Assembly (NCBI GenBank): GCA_034520965.1
Contig: JAXHMY010000001.1
Location: forward strand, 864,001 to 928,000
Length of the DNA stretch: 64,000 bases
Direction of reading: 5' to 3'
Source of the DNA: Spirochaetia bacterium
GTDB taxonomy: Bacteria; Spirochaetota; Spirochaetia; DSM-16054; Sediminispirochaetaceae
The notes below the pieces were generated by a model. It searched no databases. It saw only the letters and a program-made list of their open reading frames with translations, and was not told the origin of the DNA. This document shows, piece by piece, positions 63,275 to 64,000 of this stretch. The position numbers were made by a program, and so were the translations under genes. Numbering within the stretch: position 1 is the stretch's first letter; the number at the start of each line of letters is the position of its first letter.

Positions 63275-64000
63275 ATGAGAATTTCAACAAAAGTTTTAAC
63301 ACTTTTTTTTATCGTTGCAGTGCTTTCTACTGGAACAATTTTTGCAGGAGGGCAACAAGAGGCAGACCAGAGCTCTAAGCAAAGCGAAGACACAACCACC
63401 CCAATCCAGGACAAAGACCAGGTAGTGGACTTTGTCGAGGTACAGTGGTCGGACATCGCCTCTACCACCGCCGCCACCCGCATTGTGCTGGAAGCCGCCG
63501 GCTTCGAGACCAACAGCAGCATGGTATCAGTACCTATAGCCTTTCAATCCCTTCAAACCGGGGACGTAGACGTGTTTCTCGGCGACTGGGAGCCTTCCAT
63601 GAAGTCCTACACCGAGGATTTGCTGGCCGAAGGAAAAGTTGAGGACCACGCGGTCAACTTGACCGGTGCAAAGTATACCCTGGCAGTCCCTTCTTATGTA
63701 GCCGAGGGTGGAATTAAAAGCTTTGGCGATATCGCCGACTACGGCGAAGAGCTGGACTATAAGATATATGGAATCGAACCGGGAAACGACGGAAACATGC
63801 TTATTCAAAGCATGATCGATGAGAATGCCTTCGGATTGGGCGACTTCGAACTGGTCGCATCCAGCGAAGCCGGCATGCTGGCCCAGGTACGCGCCATGCG
63901 CCCCAAGGAAGAGTGGATCGTGTTTCTCGGCTGGGAACCCCACCCCATGAACACCGTTTTTGACCTCACTTATCTCAAGGGCGGCGACGATTACTTCGGC
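63275..64000 (+). CDS. Choline/glycine betaine ABC substrate-binding protein (ChoX-like), 3' end outside the window
   Basis: Not in the ORF track. AGGAGG RBS, ATG at 63275; MRISTKV...AGGQQE...WSDIASTT...DVDVFLGDWEPSM...IYGIEPGNDGN...LGWEPHPMN. Confidence 0.88.
   Translation, partial: MRISTKVLTLFFIVAVLSTGTIFAGGQQEADQSSKQSEDTTTPIQDKDQVVDFVEVQWSDIASTTAATRIVLEAAGFETNSSMVSVPIAFQSLQTGDVDVFLGDWEPSMKSYTEDLLAEGKVEDHAVNLTGAKYTLAVPSYVAEGGIKSFGDIADYGEELDYKIYGIEPGNDGNMLIQSMIDENAFGLGDFELVASSEAGMLAQVRAMRPKEEWIVFLGWEPHPMNTVFDLTYLKGGDDYFG

Overview
Bacterial chromosomal DNA, most likely from a free-living Spirochaetaceae member: solute-binding proteins carry the 'AGGQQE' post-signal motif, and TatT-like and FecR-domain proteins are present. 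About 14 genes are split by single-base frameshifts, which suggests an unpolished long-read assembly. The left end (1-1975) holds the most unusual element, an integron-like cassette system. It is a tyrosine recombinase that lacks the IntI-specific insertion, followed on the same strand by an attI-like site, a complete DUF3795 cassette bounded by 21-bp inverted repeats, a non-canonical 88-bp attC-like hairpin, and the start of a second cassette that runs off the window. The rest of the window contains RidA, a TetR-controlled GH13 gene, lipAB, a decayed nucleotidyltransferase module, signalling proteins (adenylate cyclase, MCP, diguanylate cyclase, hybrid kinase, cNMP/HATPase, SpoIIE) and a LemA/TPM operon. 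It also contains oadGAB, ldhA, GTP-dependent PEPCK, a ROK-regulated sugar-acid catabolic cluster with a TctABC transporter, cysE and ahcY. The right part has an unclassified IS1-related element with TTAA ends, an Opp/Dpp ABC transporter, a cluster of perfect palindromes, and a choline/betaine locus. All calls come from reading motifs by eye; no database searches were run.
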